Source: Obrimoposthia wandeli
Taxonomy: Eukaryota
Assembly (NCBI GenBank): GCA_977020255.1
Contig: CDROCS010003087.1
Coordinates: 124,001 to 188,000, forward strand
Direction of reading: 5' to 3'
DNA length: 64,000 bases
In this document: one piece after another, positions 32,944 through 45,189 of the stretch
How positions within the stretch are numbered: the stretch's first letter is position 1
Layout: the number at the start of each line of letters is the position of its first letter
Translations under genes and position numbers: made by a program
The notes under the pieces: model-generated
Told to the model about the DNA's origin: nothing
What the model saw: only the letters and a program-made list of their open reading frames with translations
The model's database searches: none

Positions 32944-34650
32944 ATATATTTATTTCAGCAGATGCATCCACAGCCTCTACAACAGCCGCTTCCTGTTCTT
33001 CCCCGTCAGCAATGTCATCTTCAACTACATCAGCTACTGGATACTCAAATACAGCATCTACAAGTGCCATCGCCTCAACATCTTCAACATCACTTTCTTC
33101 AGCAGCACCGTCTACATCAAACGCGATTGCTTCAACTTTAGCAGCACAGACATATTTAAATATAAATAGTTGTCTTCCCATTCAATTAGGGGAAGTTTGT
33201 CAGTGACTCTAGGAAGAAAGAGGCGAGGCCAATTTCTTAATAAGGTCCCACCAAAGAAACGTAGGGAAAACAGTGCTACTATAGAATATCACCTAAATTA
33301 AAAAATATATAGTTAAGGTGCCATTAGGAAATAAAATTTTATTAATCGTAGGTGTAGATTTAAATATTGAAAGTCTTTTAAAATCAGAAATGACTAAATT
33401 AGAACAGGCTAAGGTTCAATTTTGCGCAACAGTGCAGTTTAAAAATGTCAATGAAGAGTCTAAAACTTGGGTAATTTCACATAAAGCAACTGTTTTTTAT
33501 GATAATTTTGCAACTGAAATTGGAAGAAATCTCGATGAAACAATTGCTAAATATAGCGAGTTAAGTAGTGAATGGACTCTAGTTAGAATTCACGATGTTA
33601 GCTTTGTTTTAACAAAGTTCAATGTCATCATATATTTTTCGAGTAGTTCATACATTCCTTCACCTAGATCTCTTCAACTTTCACGTTCCATTGTTAACGT
33701 ACAAAACAGTGATAACCTTTGCTTTCTGTATAGCGTGTTGGCTATCCTCAAAAGGGATGTAATTACTGAGCATAGAGAGCGTGTCAGTAAATATACCCCT
33801 TTTAAATGAATTGCAGTATCATGGAATAGATTTTCCTGTTAAATTAACTGCGATATCAAGATTTGAACATCTTAATAACTTGAGTAATAATGTATACAAA
33901 TATAATACTGATATCCCAGTTAATGTATCAGATGAATAAATGTTTAAAAATCCTTTTGTAGATGTGATTTACAGGAGCAAAAATGAGGGGATTTCGGTCA
34001 ACTTAATTTTGCTCGAACATAATAAGAAATTATACTATGCTGCAATTCCTAATATAGATCGTCTTCTAAATTTAGATAATAGAGCCTTACCAGTTAGGAT
34101 AAGGTGTAAATGGTGTCATAGATGTTTGCATGGATTCCGATCCGAGTTCTCTTTCAGCAAACATCTGACATTATGTACACTGAATCCTGATGACAATACA
34201 CTATATAGCATGCTTAAGGATAAGGATTAAAATTCAGAGATTGGGCAAAATGCATACCCGTGGAATTCGGGATGTATGTTGATTTTGAGTCAATTTTAGC
34301 ATTGGACGACCAGTATGAGAGTATTCACCTACCGGCTTCGGCAGGACTATTATTCTTAGGCCCCAATATAACTCAGGATCATAAATATTTCTGTTCAAAT
34401 TGTATTTTAGATTTTATATTAAAATTAGAAGAATTTATGAACTGTAATTGTCAAACCGTGATATGATCTTAATGCTCATCAAGCAATGATCATAACAGGC
34501 ATAGATTGGGTTAATTTTAATTCTAGTATATCATGTTATTTGTGTGGTACCCATTCTAAGTTAGTCAGAGATCACGATCATGTTACGGGGCGATACTTGG
34601 GATCGGCATGCAACCTCTGTAACCTTGGCCGTCTAAAAAAAAACATGCAT
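32043..34650 (+). pseudogene. polB: Spliced, degenerate, 3'-truncated pPolB polyprotein (copy 6); introns 32052..32098, 32718..32800 and 32894..32958
   Basis: Each intron removal restores the frame to the next ORF. Downstream: SDNLCFLYSVLA, MYVDFES and HDHVTG..ACNLCN. Confidence 0.82.
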
Positions 34651-35349
34651 TCCCATTTAAACCGAGGTTTTTAGCGAGTTTATCATCAAATGAAACCCGT
34701 TTTCCATTGCTCTTTCCCGTAAACGTCAATTTACCATTTTTTAATGTTTCACATTTATCCAAATATTCACTACATTCCTTCTGTATTAATTTACAGAAAT
34801 TCACTTCACTATCTATTTTATAATCTTTTGAAAACATTTTCAGTTCCACTACAGTCTCGTTTCAACTAACTACACTCTTACTACTCTACTAGGAACATTT
34901 TTAAACATTTTATATGAGACAATATCAGATCTCTTCATACCTACTACATGTCCACTATCAAAACCGAATTGAAGAGCTTCTTTTCCAGATTCGAATATAA
35001 TTTGAATAGGTTGAAAATGTTTTGATCGATTTTTAAATCTGACTTTGTTTTTTTCATATATTACTTTCACTTCTTTATCTATACAATTGTAAAAGAATTT
35101 TCCTTTACTATCAAACCCGATCACAACTTTAGTTGTTTTTTCATGATCAACTTCTTTTGTAAACGAAATATGTGAGTTGTTTCTGATAGTAATTGAAGAA
35201 TAATAAAAAGAAAATTCGGTTAAAGCCGCTTCCCATTCTCCTTGGAGATTTATAGGATTTTCCCAATCAATAATAAAGCTACTAGCGTAATTATCTGGTT
35301 GAGTCTTCGGACATCCATTACTAGGTAAAACCATATACATAGACTTCAT
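34650..35349 (-). pseudogene. Polinton minor capsid (penton), truncated
   Basis: MYMVLPSNGCP..DWENPINLQGEWEAALTEF; stop and frameshift near 34860. Confidence 0.85.
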
Positions 35350-36308
35350 ATTATATTAGATGCTGATATCCAAGTTGGGTCTGAATAACCATGCCATTTA
35401 ACAAAGTATTGTTTATGCTTACCTGTACACTTAGATTTTAATATTTTTTGAATACGGAAAACGCTAGGTTTATTTGATATTACTTGTAGTTCTTGCTCGT
35501 AAAATTTACCGTGAACGATATTATTGTCAGCATCTTTAATAGTATACATTATTGGATTACTCTTTTGATCAATTTTACTTATACAAAATATTTCATCGCT
35601 CCAATTCTGATCAAAGTTTTTAATAAATGGAGTAGAGCTAATTTTCGAAATTCGAACATATTCGTTTTTCTTATATTTAGCTTTTTTAATTTTATCTTTT
35701 TTATTCCTGTTCATCCAAATGTCCATAGAGTTTTTATTAGTAACATCAACAGGTCTCATTCCCTTGAGACCTCTATGTTCAGAGTGATTATATGCATGTA
35801 TTATTTTAGGTAAAACTTGGATCCATTTTTTATTTCCTTCTTTTGTGAAATACTTTTTTATTCGATCTCTTAGAGTACGATTAAATCTTTCTACTACTGC
35901 TGCTTTGTATTGTGAAAACACAGAGTAATGATTTATATTATTTTGTTTAAATAATGATTGAACTTGCTTATTATAAAATTCTTTTCCTAAATCAGTTTGC
36001 ACATTTTGTGGAATGTCCTCTTTTAATATTTCTTTAATGGCTTCAAGCATAGCTATTGAAGACTTTGCTTTAACTGGAATTGCACGAGCAAACCTGCTAA
36101 ATACATCAATACATGTTAAAATATATCGATATCCCTTATTTATGGAAGAATATGGAAACCTTCTTATCATCGGCTTGTTCAGACGGTAGGCTAACTGATC
36201 GCTCAGCTATTTCTGTGTTTTCTTGGAATTCTATTTTATTCTTTTTGCCAATTTTGAAACTCCTGTGTAGCCAGTTGGATCCCTTGGATTGAACCATATC
36301 TTCTCCAT
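35346..36308 (-). pseudogene. Polinton retroviral-type integrase with C-terminal chromodomain
   Basis: MEKIWFNP start, YILTCIDVFSR, QTDLGKEF, VVERFNRT, YFVKWHGY. There are two in-frame stops, and the first catalytic Asp segment appears deleted. Confidence 0.9.
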
Positions 36309-36370
36309 TACAACAATTTGAATAGAAAGAAAATTTAAATTTAGGTAAAGAAGGGTTAGCACACATATCT

Positions 36371-36718
36371 TTAGCTGATTTTATAAATAATTGTGTTGCA
36401 ATAAATAATAATACTACTGATAATTGAAGCAACAACTGGAATAACAGCCCCTATGAAACCACCATTTTGTTTAAGAATAATATTTCGTTTCCTTTTTCTA
36501 CTTTTTACATTAGCAATATCTAGAAGAGTTTTTCTATATTTCTTTAATATATTTTTCCAATTTCCAACTTTTACTCGACCCAAAACTATGTTATACAAAA
36601 CTTCCAATAAATCATCTACAACAAAGGATGGAAATGCTTTAAGAATAATCATTCTCTTATGAGAAGAGGCTTTGACTAAAGCTTTAAAATAGGGTATGCT
36701 TCTTTGTATTTTCTTCAT
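36371..36718 (-). CDS. pX/mu-like basic core protein precursor
   Basis: Basic body followed by ILKQNGG/FIGAVIPVVASII, a protease-type site plus a hydrophobic tail typical of the adintovirus/Polinton pX-like gene between ATPase and integrase. Confidence 0.7.
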   Translation of the reverse strand: MKKIQRSIPYFKALVKASSHKRMIILKAFPSFVVDDLLEVLYNIVLGRVKVGNWKNILKKYRKTLLDIANVKSRKRKRNIILKQNGGFIGAVIPVVASIISSIIIYCNTIIYKIS

Positions 36719-36934
36719 TTTAATAAAAAAGGTTCAATTTAAATATTGTTTATATTCGAAACCATTTAAGTTTTTTTTTATTTCTAACTACAGATTTGAT
36801 TAATTTTTTCACTTCTTTTTTCTTAATGATTCTTTTTTTTATTTCTTAGGCTTTGCTTTACGTTTTACTATCAACTTCGTAAAAGGCATTGTAAATTTAT
36901 CTTTTATAATTGTTCTCTATTTGTTTATAAACAG

Positions 36935-37543
36935 TTAAACTCCCTTAGAATTAAATATGTCTGTTAAAACACGTAAATCATCTGGGCAAGCTTGTGTAAA
37001 GTCAATAAATATATACCCATGTTCTTGTTTAGCAGCATCGTGGAATGAATCAACTAGAAAGTTCTTATTTTGGGGAAACGCCTGTCTGGCCACAAAATCT
37101 ACAACTGTTTGATCTCTAGGATTTTTAAATAAAACTAAGTAATGTACATTAAGATTTCTAGTTCTATGGTGACCTCCTTGTTGGAAAAGATTTTGAGTGA
37201 TAAATATAACTGTTACTTCACGATGTCTTGCAATCTTTGTAAATAAATTTTTAAAGTCAGATTCCTTGTTAGCTTCCTGATACAAATCATCAATTATTAT
37301 TACATCTTCTTTTTTCAATCTTTTACACCAATTTGCATCAAATTCTTCAATAAATTGTATTCCCTTCAACTTGCAAACTTCTGTTTTGGTTAATCCGCTT
37401 TCCCCTCCACCATGATGCCAATAAATATTTTTGAAACTAGATTTGAAAATAGATTCATTTTGCAACAATTTACATACGAAATGTGTCTTTCCACTTCCAC
37501 TGGGACCAACTATTTGAAATACAGCATTATTATTTAGCTCCAT
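36935..37543 (-). CDS. Polinton A32/FtsK-like DNA packaging ATPase
   Basis: Walker A GPSGSGKT, Walker B IIIDD, FITQNLF, LVLFKNPRD; the ORF is intact (202 aa). Confidence 0.92.
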   Translation of the reverse strand: MELNNNAVFQIVGPSGSGKTHFVCKLLQNESIFKSSFKNIYWHHGGGESGLTKTEVCKLKGIQFIEEFDANWCKRLKKEDVIIIDDLYQEANKESDFKNLFTKIARHREVTVIFITQNLFQQGGHHRTRNLNVHYLVLFKNPRDQTVVDFVARQAFPQNKNFLVDSFHDAAKQEHGYIFIDFTQACPDDLRVLTDIFNSKGV

Positions 37544-38621
37544 TGCATATAATCTTTCATTTTTAATATTGTTTATATTATCATAGAAGTTTACTTATTG
37601 AAATGTACAATGTTAGAGCTATTCTAGATGAAATACAAAAATTAATTAATGAATATTTGGCTATAATTTTATTTATTTGCAATTGATTTCTAAATTCTCG
37701 AATAACGTATGATCTAACCAATATTTCAATGTTATCTCTTGTTATATCATTATTTTTTTAATTCGGATAAAATTTGTTTACTCCTCATTTTTCCAGAAAA
37801 TATTTTGTCGACAAGACGATCCACTTCATTGTTTGTATGTATAGTATTATTAATTTGAAACAATAAGTTTAAACGGGTTTTTTTATAGAAAAGATAACAA
37901 GATGTAATAAGATATATTTTCTAAAATCAAATCAACAATGTCTGGATAATCAATATTTTTCAATCCCAATAACTTTACATATTTACATATAGCGGTTTAA
38001 ACTTCAAATAACTGAGAGCAGGAAAAAATTTCCGGTTCAAACATTATTCTTTCATTTTCTCTGTAATTTTATAAAGATTTATTTGTTTCCCGAGATTAGC
38101 TGAAATTGTGTTTGATTGTATTGCAGTGATTCGAATTTCAAATGGTAATTCGAACTCAAGCAAAAGTATTTTGTATCCCATAACACGACAACTTCCTAAA
38201 AGTATTCAATATGAAAATAAAATAAAATAAAAAACTAATCTGTGGGAAAAATAACAACTGTGAAATCATTAAACATTTTCACATATTGTCTCAGCTTTCA
38301 TTCATTGAATGGTAAGTACGAAACATCATTTTCAATTCTAACTTTATAATTTATATTTACGAGTTTTATTAGACTAAAATTGTATTCTGTAAATTCTTCT
38401 TTATATATGCCTGAATCTGCTCTTTTAATGCACATTTCTTGTAATTATCTTGCAAACATATTATAATTGGATGATATATTTCTTCCAATCAATTTTTGAT
38501 TTTTTTAATATGGATTTAGTCCAATCAAATGCAATACTTTAGTTATATTAACCAATGCGATTCATATCTTTGTTACAAATTAGTATAAAAGCATGCGCCA
38601 TTGAAGGACAAATCACAATAA

Positions 38622-39065
38622 ATGCATTCATATCAAAGACAATTATCAATGATGGTCGATAGCCAACGGGTATTAAGCGATGACGAAGAAATGTTTGAAG
38701 AATCGGATAAGGATATATATGAAGAAGTGAAACAATATTTCAAATACAAAGTCAGATTCTTGAAGAAGCCTCAACTGATTGCTTTAGTAAATCCTGTGAC
38801 AATTGAAAGAAGAAAGTTCAGCTATTATCTATCAAATATTCAAAAACCAAATTTTCAATATCTTAAACAGAAAGTTGATAAGGCAGTTCCAAATTTTACT
38901 TTCAATAAGAACGAATTTTATATCCGAGGAGCCGATGCAGCATTTCTAGATGACTATGGAAGAGAAATAGATGTTGATGCGTTTCCGAAAAAGATGCAAT
39001 GGACTGTAACAATTCGACTTTATGGTTACAAGAAAGATGAAATTGGAACAAAGTTGACTATGTGA
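38622..39065 (+). CDS. Unknown Polinton protein, first of a tandem paralog pair (one premature stop near the end)
   Basis: Aligns with the next ORF: NPV, N.F, AF.DD.G, W.(V/I).IR..GY..D. Confidence 0.55.
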   Translation: MHSYQRQLSMMVDSQRVLSDDEEMFEESDKDIYEEVKQYFKYKVRFLKKPQLIALVNPVTIERRKFSYYLSNIQKPNFQYLKQKVDKAVPNFTFNKNEFYIRGADAAFLDDYGREIDVDAFPKKMQWTVTIRLYGYKKDEIGTKLTM

Positions 39066-39299
39066 AAAATTGATCGTGCTCATATCCCTATGTTTTAACT
39101 ATTTCCTTTCATTTTAATAAATTGTAATCGGTTTTATTCATTTTTACTATGTTTCTTTCATTTGGAAATTAATAATCAGTTTTATTTTTCATAATATTTG
39201 TATCTTATATGTATTTTTTAATAAACATTGGTTTTTTAGTCAGTTCCTTATTTTAGATTGGATAAGAGATGTGCAGCAAATTTTTATTATCCAGAAAGA

Positions 39300-39661
39300 A
39301 TTTCAAAAGGAAAACTATGTAATATATTAAAGAGGCATCAAATTATACGAGTTATGAATCCTGTGAAAATATCAAAGTGGAGAATAAATATCTCATCGAA
39401 ATTTTAACAACATCTGATATTGATCAATTGAAAAATATTTTGGGATTTGACATTCCTGATTATGTATATGAAGGAAATTCTTTCCAGCTTGAAACTGATC
39501 CCAGTCTGGCTTTTAGAGATGATCTAGGATATTTGATTGCTCCAATTTTAGATGAAGAACTATGGAATATTTCAATACGTATCAATGGATATTTTGCTGA
39601 TGACGGGAAAATGCAGCCTCTTTGGACTTTGAGTAAAGCCAATATGGTGTTTTATGTTTGA
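39300..39661 (+). pseudogene. Unknown Polinton protein, second paralog (frameshift near 39380)
   Basis: LKRHQIIRVMNPV upstream in a shifted frame; AFRDDLG..WNISIRINGY. Confidence 0.55.
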
Positions 39662-41702
39662 TTAAATAAACGTTTTGAAAAGAATTTTGACTAGTATTTT
39701 GTTTTTCTCCTCTAAATTATATAGATCTGACCTATTTTTTCTCTTATAAATCTGACCTAGATATTTAACAAAAACATGTAGTAATTTATTAATCTAAAAT
39801 CTTTCTTACAAATAGTAGTAATATATTCACATGAACATATTATTTGAAATCTCGGGAGGGGGAGGGGTGGAATATACTCACATACTCAGTGAATACATTT
39901 GTACCATTTTTGGTACGCTACAGTCGTACGCTACCAGTGCTGATGCATGTTTCATTCCCATGAACATTACTAACATCATCATCATAATTGTTGTGGACAT
40001 ATTTGGTTGATTATTTTTTTCTCTCGGACGATATTGTTAATTTTTTCTTTGGCGGTTCTCATGACATTGTTCGTAATCATCTTCATTCGCTTCCATAAAT
40101 GTTTTAGCGTAATCACTCAAATTTATCCAACATCCGTTTTCATCGATACGTCGTTGCAATACGTTCTCAATTAGATACATAGCTTCCTTTATTCCTTATT
40201 TGACTTCATTCGGTTGACTTGTCCTTTCTGTCAATTGAAAACATAAATATATAATTGCTGTAATTACCTTTTTACTAGTGGTCTGATTTCCCAACAATCT
40301 CGCTAAAACTTCACCATCATAGAATATGTCTACTGATACATGATATCCTTGATTCGTAGCCATTCATTTTACTGCTGACATTTGTGATCTACATTTTAGT
40401 CAAATTGTATGTTATATAGGTAATTTCGTCTTTGTACATTTAAACAATTTAGGCTTCACTTGTCTAAGAATACCTGTAATTTTTTCCTTACTACTTGGAA
40501 CTTCTGAATCTGTATCATCTCTGATATCTTCATTTTGCTCTGCGCTGTACTGCTCCAATGACGCTGCTAATTGTCCAATGCAGTGGTGTCTCTCCTCGTC
40601 AGTCTGAGGTGCAGTTAAAACATTTCTCAATATATTTTCATCTTTTCTATGTCTTCCACGTCCTCTTCGAAAGTACTGATTATCAGCTTGATAATCTGCT
40701 TGACTATACAGTTCATCGTTATATCGTATCTCTTGACTTTCTCTTGCTGTCTGATCAATCTCTACGCTTTGTCGTGCCGTCTGATCAGCTTGTCTGTTTC
40801 TGTATGCGGCATGCCAAATTGGTGAATCCAGATTTACAATTTTCGAGATTTCATCTTCTCTAACAGGTTCAACTGCGTTTGTGATTTGGTCCTGTCCGTG
40901 TCTGACTAATTACTTGTGCTGGTTTTACCTCATTTACTAAATTTGTCAACTCATTGTTCGGTACTACAATCTGTGGTTCATTTTCGTTCACTTCAGGTGT
41001 AAACGTCTTGTTCCAAACTTCAGTTATATCATTATTTCCTCTATCACTTTGTTCAGCCGAACTATCTAAGATTTCTACAGGTATTTTTATCATGTCTAGT
41101 GCAGAATTCAATATTTCTGACAAGTCCTTCGTTATCTACTAATTCCTGTTGTCCTATAGTAATCACATCAATTTTCTCTTCTGATTCGTTTTCTATCGGA
41201 TAACCGCACTGGACTGGTACATCCTCATCGTACAATGATCTTCGTTATAATGAAATAACACGTTCATTTCATCTATTCCCAGTTTCTCTGCTATTTTTCT
41301 TCGAATAGTTTTCATTGTTTGGAACAAGTTAAGTTTTTCAAGCATAATTTGTCCATTAATTAATCGGAACGAAATATTTATTGTCTCTTTTTGATTTGTC
41401 CTCTGTACATAACGACCATATCCTTTCAATAAACCCCACGCTACGTCTTTGTAGGTCAGGTTATCATGGCTGTGCTTAATCAGTTCTGCTCGCAATTCTT
41501 TCAATTTGTGCGCTTTAACTTTTTGTAGCTTTATTAAGACTTCTGGAATTTCACTTGCTTCATCTAGCGATTAATTCAATATTTCTTCAGCTTCACTAAT
41601 TATTTCGTTTACATTTTCGATACTCTTTGAATTTATTGCTGTTTCTACATGATCAGTCATAGGTTGTGGGTTACATTTTTTTCTATTGATGTCTCGTACA
41701 CT

Positions 41703-43560
41703 TTAGTACTCGTTCAGTAAATCATTAAGATCTTCTTTAGTGTGATGCTTTTTTCCTTTACATGACAGTGTAGATGAATTTGCCATCTTTTTATGTGGTG
41801 AATCTTTGATTATTCTCAACATTCGTTCAAATTTATTGTCATTATCTTCAAAATTTATTTCACATCTATGTTCAGTCTCGCGATTCCTATCGCTGTCATC
41901 ATTTATGTAACTGAAGTTTCCTTTTGATTTTGGTGAGCTCTCACGACTATTTGTCTTATTAACATTATTATTATATCTTCCTGAATTATTGTATCTCTTG
42001 GCTCCTTGCTGTCTGTCTGCATAATTATTATATATTCTTGATGACTCTTGTCTATTCAAGTATTGATTATTCGTTCTCCAGTGCGGCGGAGTATACCTGC
42101 CACCTCTATTCCATGGTGGGGGTGAATTATATCCTCTGTAATTATTTCCAAAATTGTTATAACTGAATCTACCTTTTCCGAATTTCTTACTTCTTGTACA
42201 GACTCTCAAGTAGTGACCCATTTATTTACACGTATAACATATTATTCTTCCTTGTATATCTATCTTCTTCTGTATATCTTCGAACTGCACTCGACGACTA
42301 TTCTGTCTATTGTCATAACGTCATCTAAAATCATATTTTCGAAAATTCGATTCAATACTGCTTCCTCGATTATTGAATCTTCCATCACTATCTCCTGCAT
42401 TGTTTCTGAATCTAGAGTCATTTCGCTCTCCTCTGTTCACATTATAATTTTGATCGTCTCCTTTCCAAGGTAGGCAATTTCCTGAATTGTCTATATTTGA
42501 ATTAAATCTATTTCTGGAATCATCTCTGTTTCTATTCCACGAATCAATACTATTTCTACCTCTCGAATCGTCTCGATTTCTACCTCTGAAATTATCTCTA
42601 TTTTCATTACTAGATTCATCTCTTTTTTCAAACTTATTTTGTCCATAATTCCGATTCTGAAAATTACTTGATTCTGTCTTATTCACAATTACTTTTGTCT
42701 TATCATCATCATTTGCCATTTCTGCGTAAATGGCTAATGCTGCATTATTCTTTATATTCTTCTCAATTTCTCTCGCTTTTTGCACGGCATAGTCAAAATC
42801 ATTTGTATCCGATACTGCCAATAATACTTTAATGTCTTTTTCAGTCCTCCTCTGAATATATATAGCAAAACTTCTGCCATTTCATTTTGGTTCCAATTAT
42901 CTTCCGCTAATTGTACATTTTCAGCTACAGGTTTACCTGCCTGATTTCTCAATATTTTTCTTGGATGCGCTCATACTGCCAAGGTTTTCAAAACATACGC
43001 GTATTCATTCACGCTCTCATCATGTTTTTGTTTCTGTTCTCTCAAAATTCGCTTATTCACTTTTGCTAAATTTGCCAATACCAATTTTCCTATAAAAGCA
43101 TTTTCTAATATTTTCCAATATGCACGTTCTGCTTCGGTCAAATGTTTATACACTTTGAGTGCTAGTCCGATCAAATGCGCCTGTACGCTGACACATTTTT
43201 CTCTATCGTTCCATCCTTGAACGTCTGCACAACTCTAATATTCCGCGAGGAAGTCACAAATACTTTCCTCATTTCCTTTAAACTTTGTAATATGTAATGA
43301 TCCCGAAAAATTGGGTCTTAACGTCGCATTTAAAGCTTGTGCCAACTGCTCTGCATTCATATTACCTACATTATTTCCTGCATTATTTCCTGGTTGAGCT
43401 CCTGTGTGAGCCCTGTTTTCAACAATTTCTTCAATATTATTCAATTCAATTTCCTCAATATCTTCTGGATTCACATCTTCAATAACTTCAATTACTTCAG
43501 CTTCTTCTTGGTTTACTTCACCAAACAAATCAGTCAATTCAAAACTGTCGGTTAAAACTG
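41703..43560 (-). pseudogene. gag: Gypsy gag
   Basis: Capsid-like motifs, RDxSR repeats and a CCHC knuckle remnant across four frameshifted ORFs. Confidence 0.78.
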
Positions 43561-43829
43561 CAGATTGATTAACGTCTCTTTTTGATACATTTTATTCGAT
43601 TCTAGCTTCTTCTATTACTTCTTTTTCTGCTCGAGGAACCTGTTCAACTCGGCTCAAACTATTATTATTTATATCTTCTTGTGGAATCTGACTTTGTCTT
43701 CTAGTATTAAACGCTGGTCCTCTTTGACTATATATCGTCTTATCAATTATGTGTTTGCTTATTCTTACGACTTTGATTTACTTATTACTTTTATCTCTTA
43801 TTTCTCAACTATTATTTTACGAATTTCTA

Positions 43830-44240
43830 TATCAATTATCAATTATCTATATCAATTCGAGGAACTTATCTACTCGATTTCTAAACCTTATTCAATTTAT
43901 CTCTTCGAGGAAATTATCTACTCGATTTATCAAACTTATTCAATTTATCTCTTCAAGGAACTTATCTACTCGATTCTACAATTCATATCAATTTACTTAC
44001 TTCGAGTAACTTATCAACTCAATTTACAAACTTATTCAAATTACTTGCTTCGAGGAACTTATCAACTCGATTCACAAATCTATTCAATGTACTTACTTCG
44101 AGGAACGTATCAACTCGATTCACAAATCTATTCAAATTACTTATTTCGAGGAACGTATCAACTTGATTCACAAATCTATTCAATTTACTTACTTCGAGGA
44201 ACTTATCAACTCTATTTTCAAACTTATTCAAATTACTTAT
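43830..44240. repeat. Tandem repeats (about 42-nt unit) in the retrotransposon leader
   Basis: Repeated ..CTTCGAGGAACTTATC(T/A)ACTCGATT... Confidence 0.85.
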
Positions 44241-44321
44241 CTCAATTTACTTATATCTTCTTATTCTTCTTCTATAACTTATTCTCAATTCGATGTGAAT
44301 TTGCTGTGTCTGACGAGCTTT

Positions 44322-44338
44322 CCTCACTCGGGGCACCA
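44322..44338 (-). promoter_or_regulatory. Primer-binding site, elongator tRNA-Met type
   Basis: TGGTGCCCCGAGTGAGG lies 8 nt from the LTR end; it differs at one position from the complement of the common eukaryotic elongator tRNA-Met 3' end (recalled, not searched). Confidence 0.7.
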
Positions 44339-44808
44339 ATTTAATATGTTGAGGTTTCTATTTGAAATACTTTGATTCAGATAGATCCTCTTATGGAGGC
44401 CCCCAACCTGAGTTCTGTAGCAATAGGGCTTACAGATGTATGTGGCCTATTTAGCTTTTGTCTTACTTAACTTAGTCTCAAATCTGAATGTTTTGTGATA
44501 TTGTGTTGTGAGGTAAGTAAAGAGTTTTGTTTACAAATATAACTAGTGGCATTCCCACTAATGTAGTGTGATGTGAAAATGGGTTGGTAGTACTATATGT
44601 CTATACGGTAGGTACCTGAAAGTAATTCTAATCGAACTGTATGAAAAACTATATTACTACACTGACTAAAAAGGTTTTCACAGATTGACAATAGGTTGTC
44701 CAACAACAAATTAATTCAACACACTATAACAAAGATGACCCTAGACTGATTTACGCTTTACAATCTTCTTAGTAAATTAATAGTCAAACTTCAATATACG
44801 ATTTAGAC

Positions 44809-45147
44809 CAGGGGTGCGCAACAAGCGGCCCGCGGGCCACATGCGGCCCTCTATGCAAGTTAGTGCGGCCCTCGCTAACAAAATTTATTTTTTACCTTCC
44901 GCAGGATTTGAATCTGTTTGGCCACAGTAAGGTAAATTTTACAGTTTTAAACTCTAAATTCCAAGTATCTCATTAAAACGATTTACCAAGATTTATTTCA
45001 TAGGTTAAATAAATGTTTTTCTGAATGCAAATATATTGTAAAATTTTTAATTTATTATGCATATGAATTCTAGATTTTCAGTGTGGCCCACTTAATATCT
45101 GAAGTGATGTTATATGGCCCGCCGACTAAAAATGTTGCACGCCCCTG
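44809..45147. mobile_element. hAT (Buster/Charlie-type) MITE inserted in the LTR
   Basis: TIRs CAGGGGTGCGCAAC / GTTGCACGCCCCTG; 8-bp TSD ATTTAGAC on both sides; subterminal CGGCCCGCGGGCC. Confidence 0.93.
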
Positions 45148-45189
45148 ATTTAGACAATTAAAATTACTATGATCTCGATAAATTTTTAT

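Larger units (their letters stand above)
30461..39886. mobile_element. Internally deleted Polinton (copy 6) with both termini
   Basis: Left end AGTAAGTGGATGTG; degenerate right end ..CTCACATACT; the polB arm (+) is joined directly to the penton/INT/pX/ATPase arm (-) at about 34650; no MCP or protease; no TSD seen. Confidence 0.75.

Noticed and set aside
34858-34880. CTACACTCTTACTACTCTACT as another Polinton terminus
   Set aside because: It is the reverse strand of penton coding sequence (SRVVRV) and lacks the conserved subterminal block.
44322-44338. tRNA gene
   Set aside because: Only the 17-nt 3' end is present, as a PBS; there is no cloverleaf.
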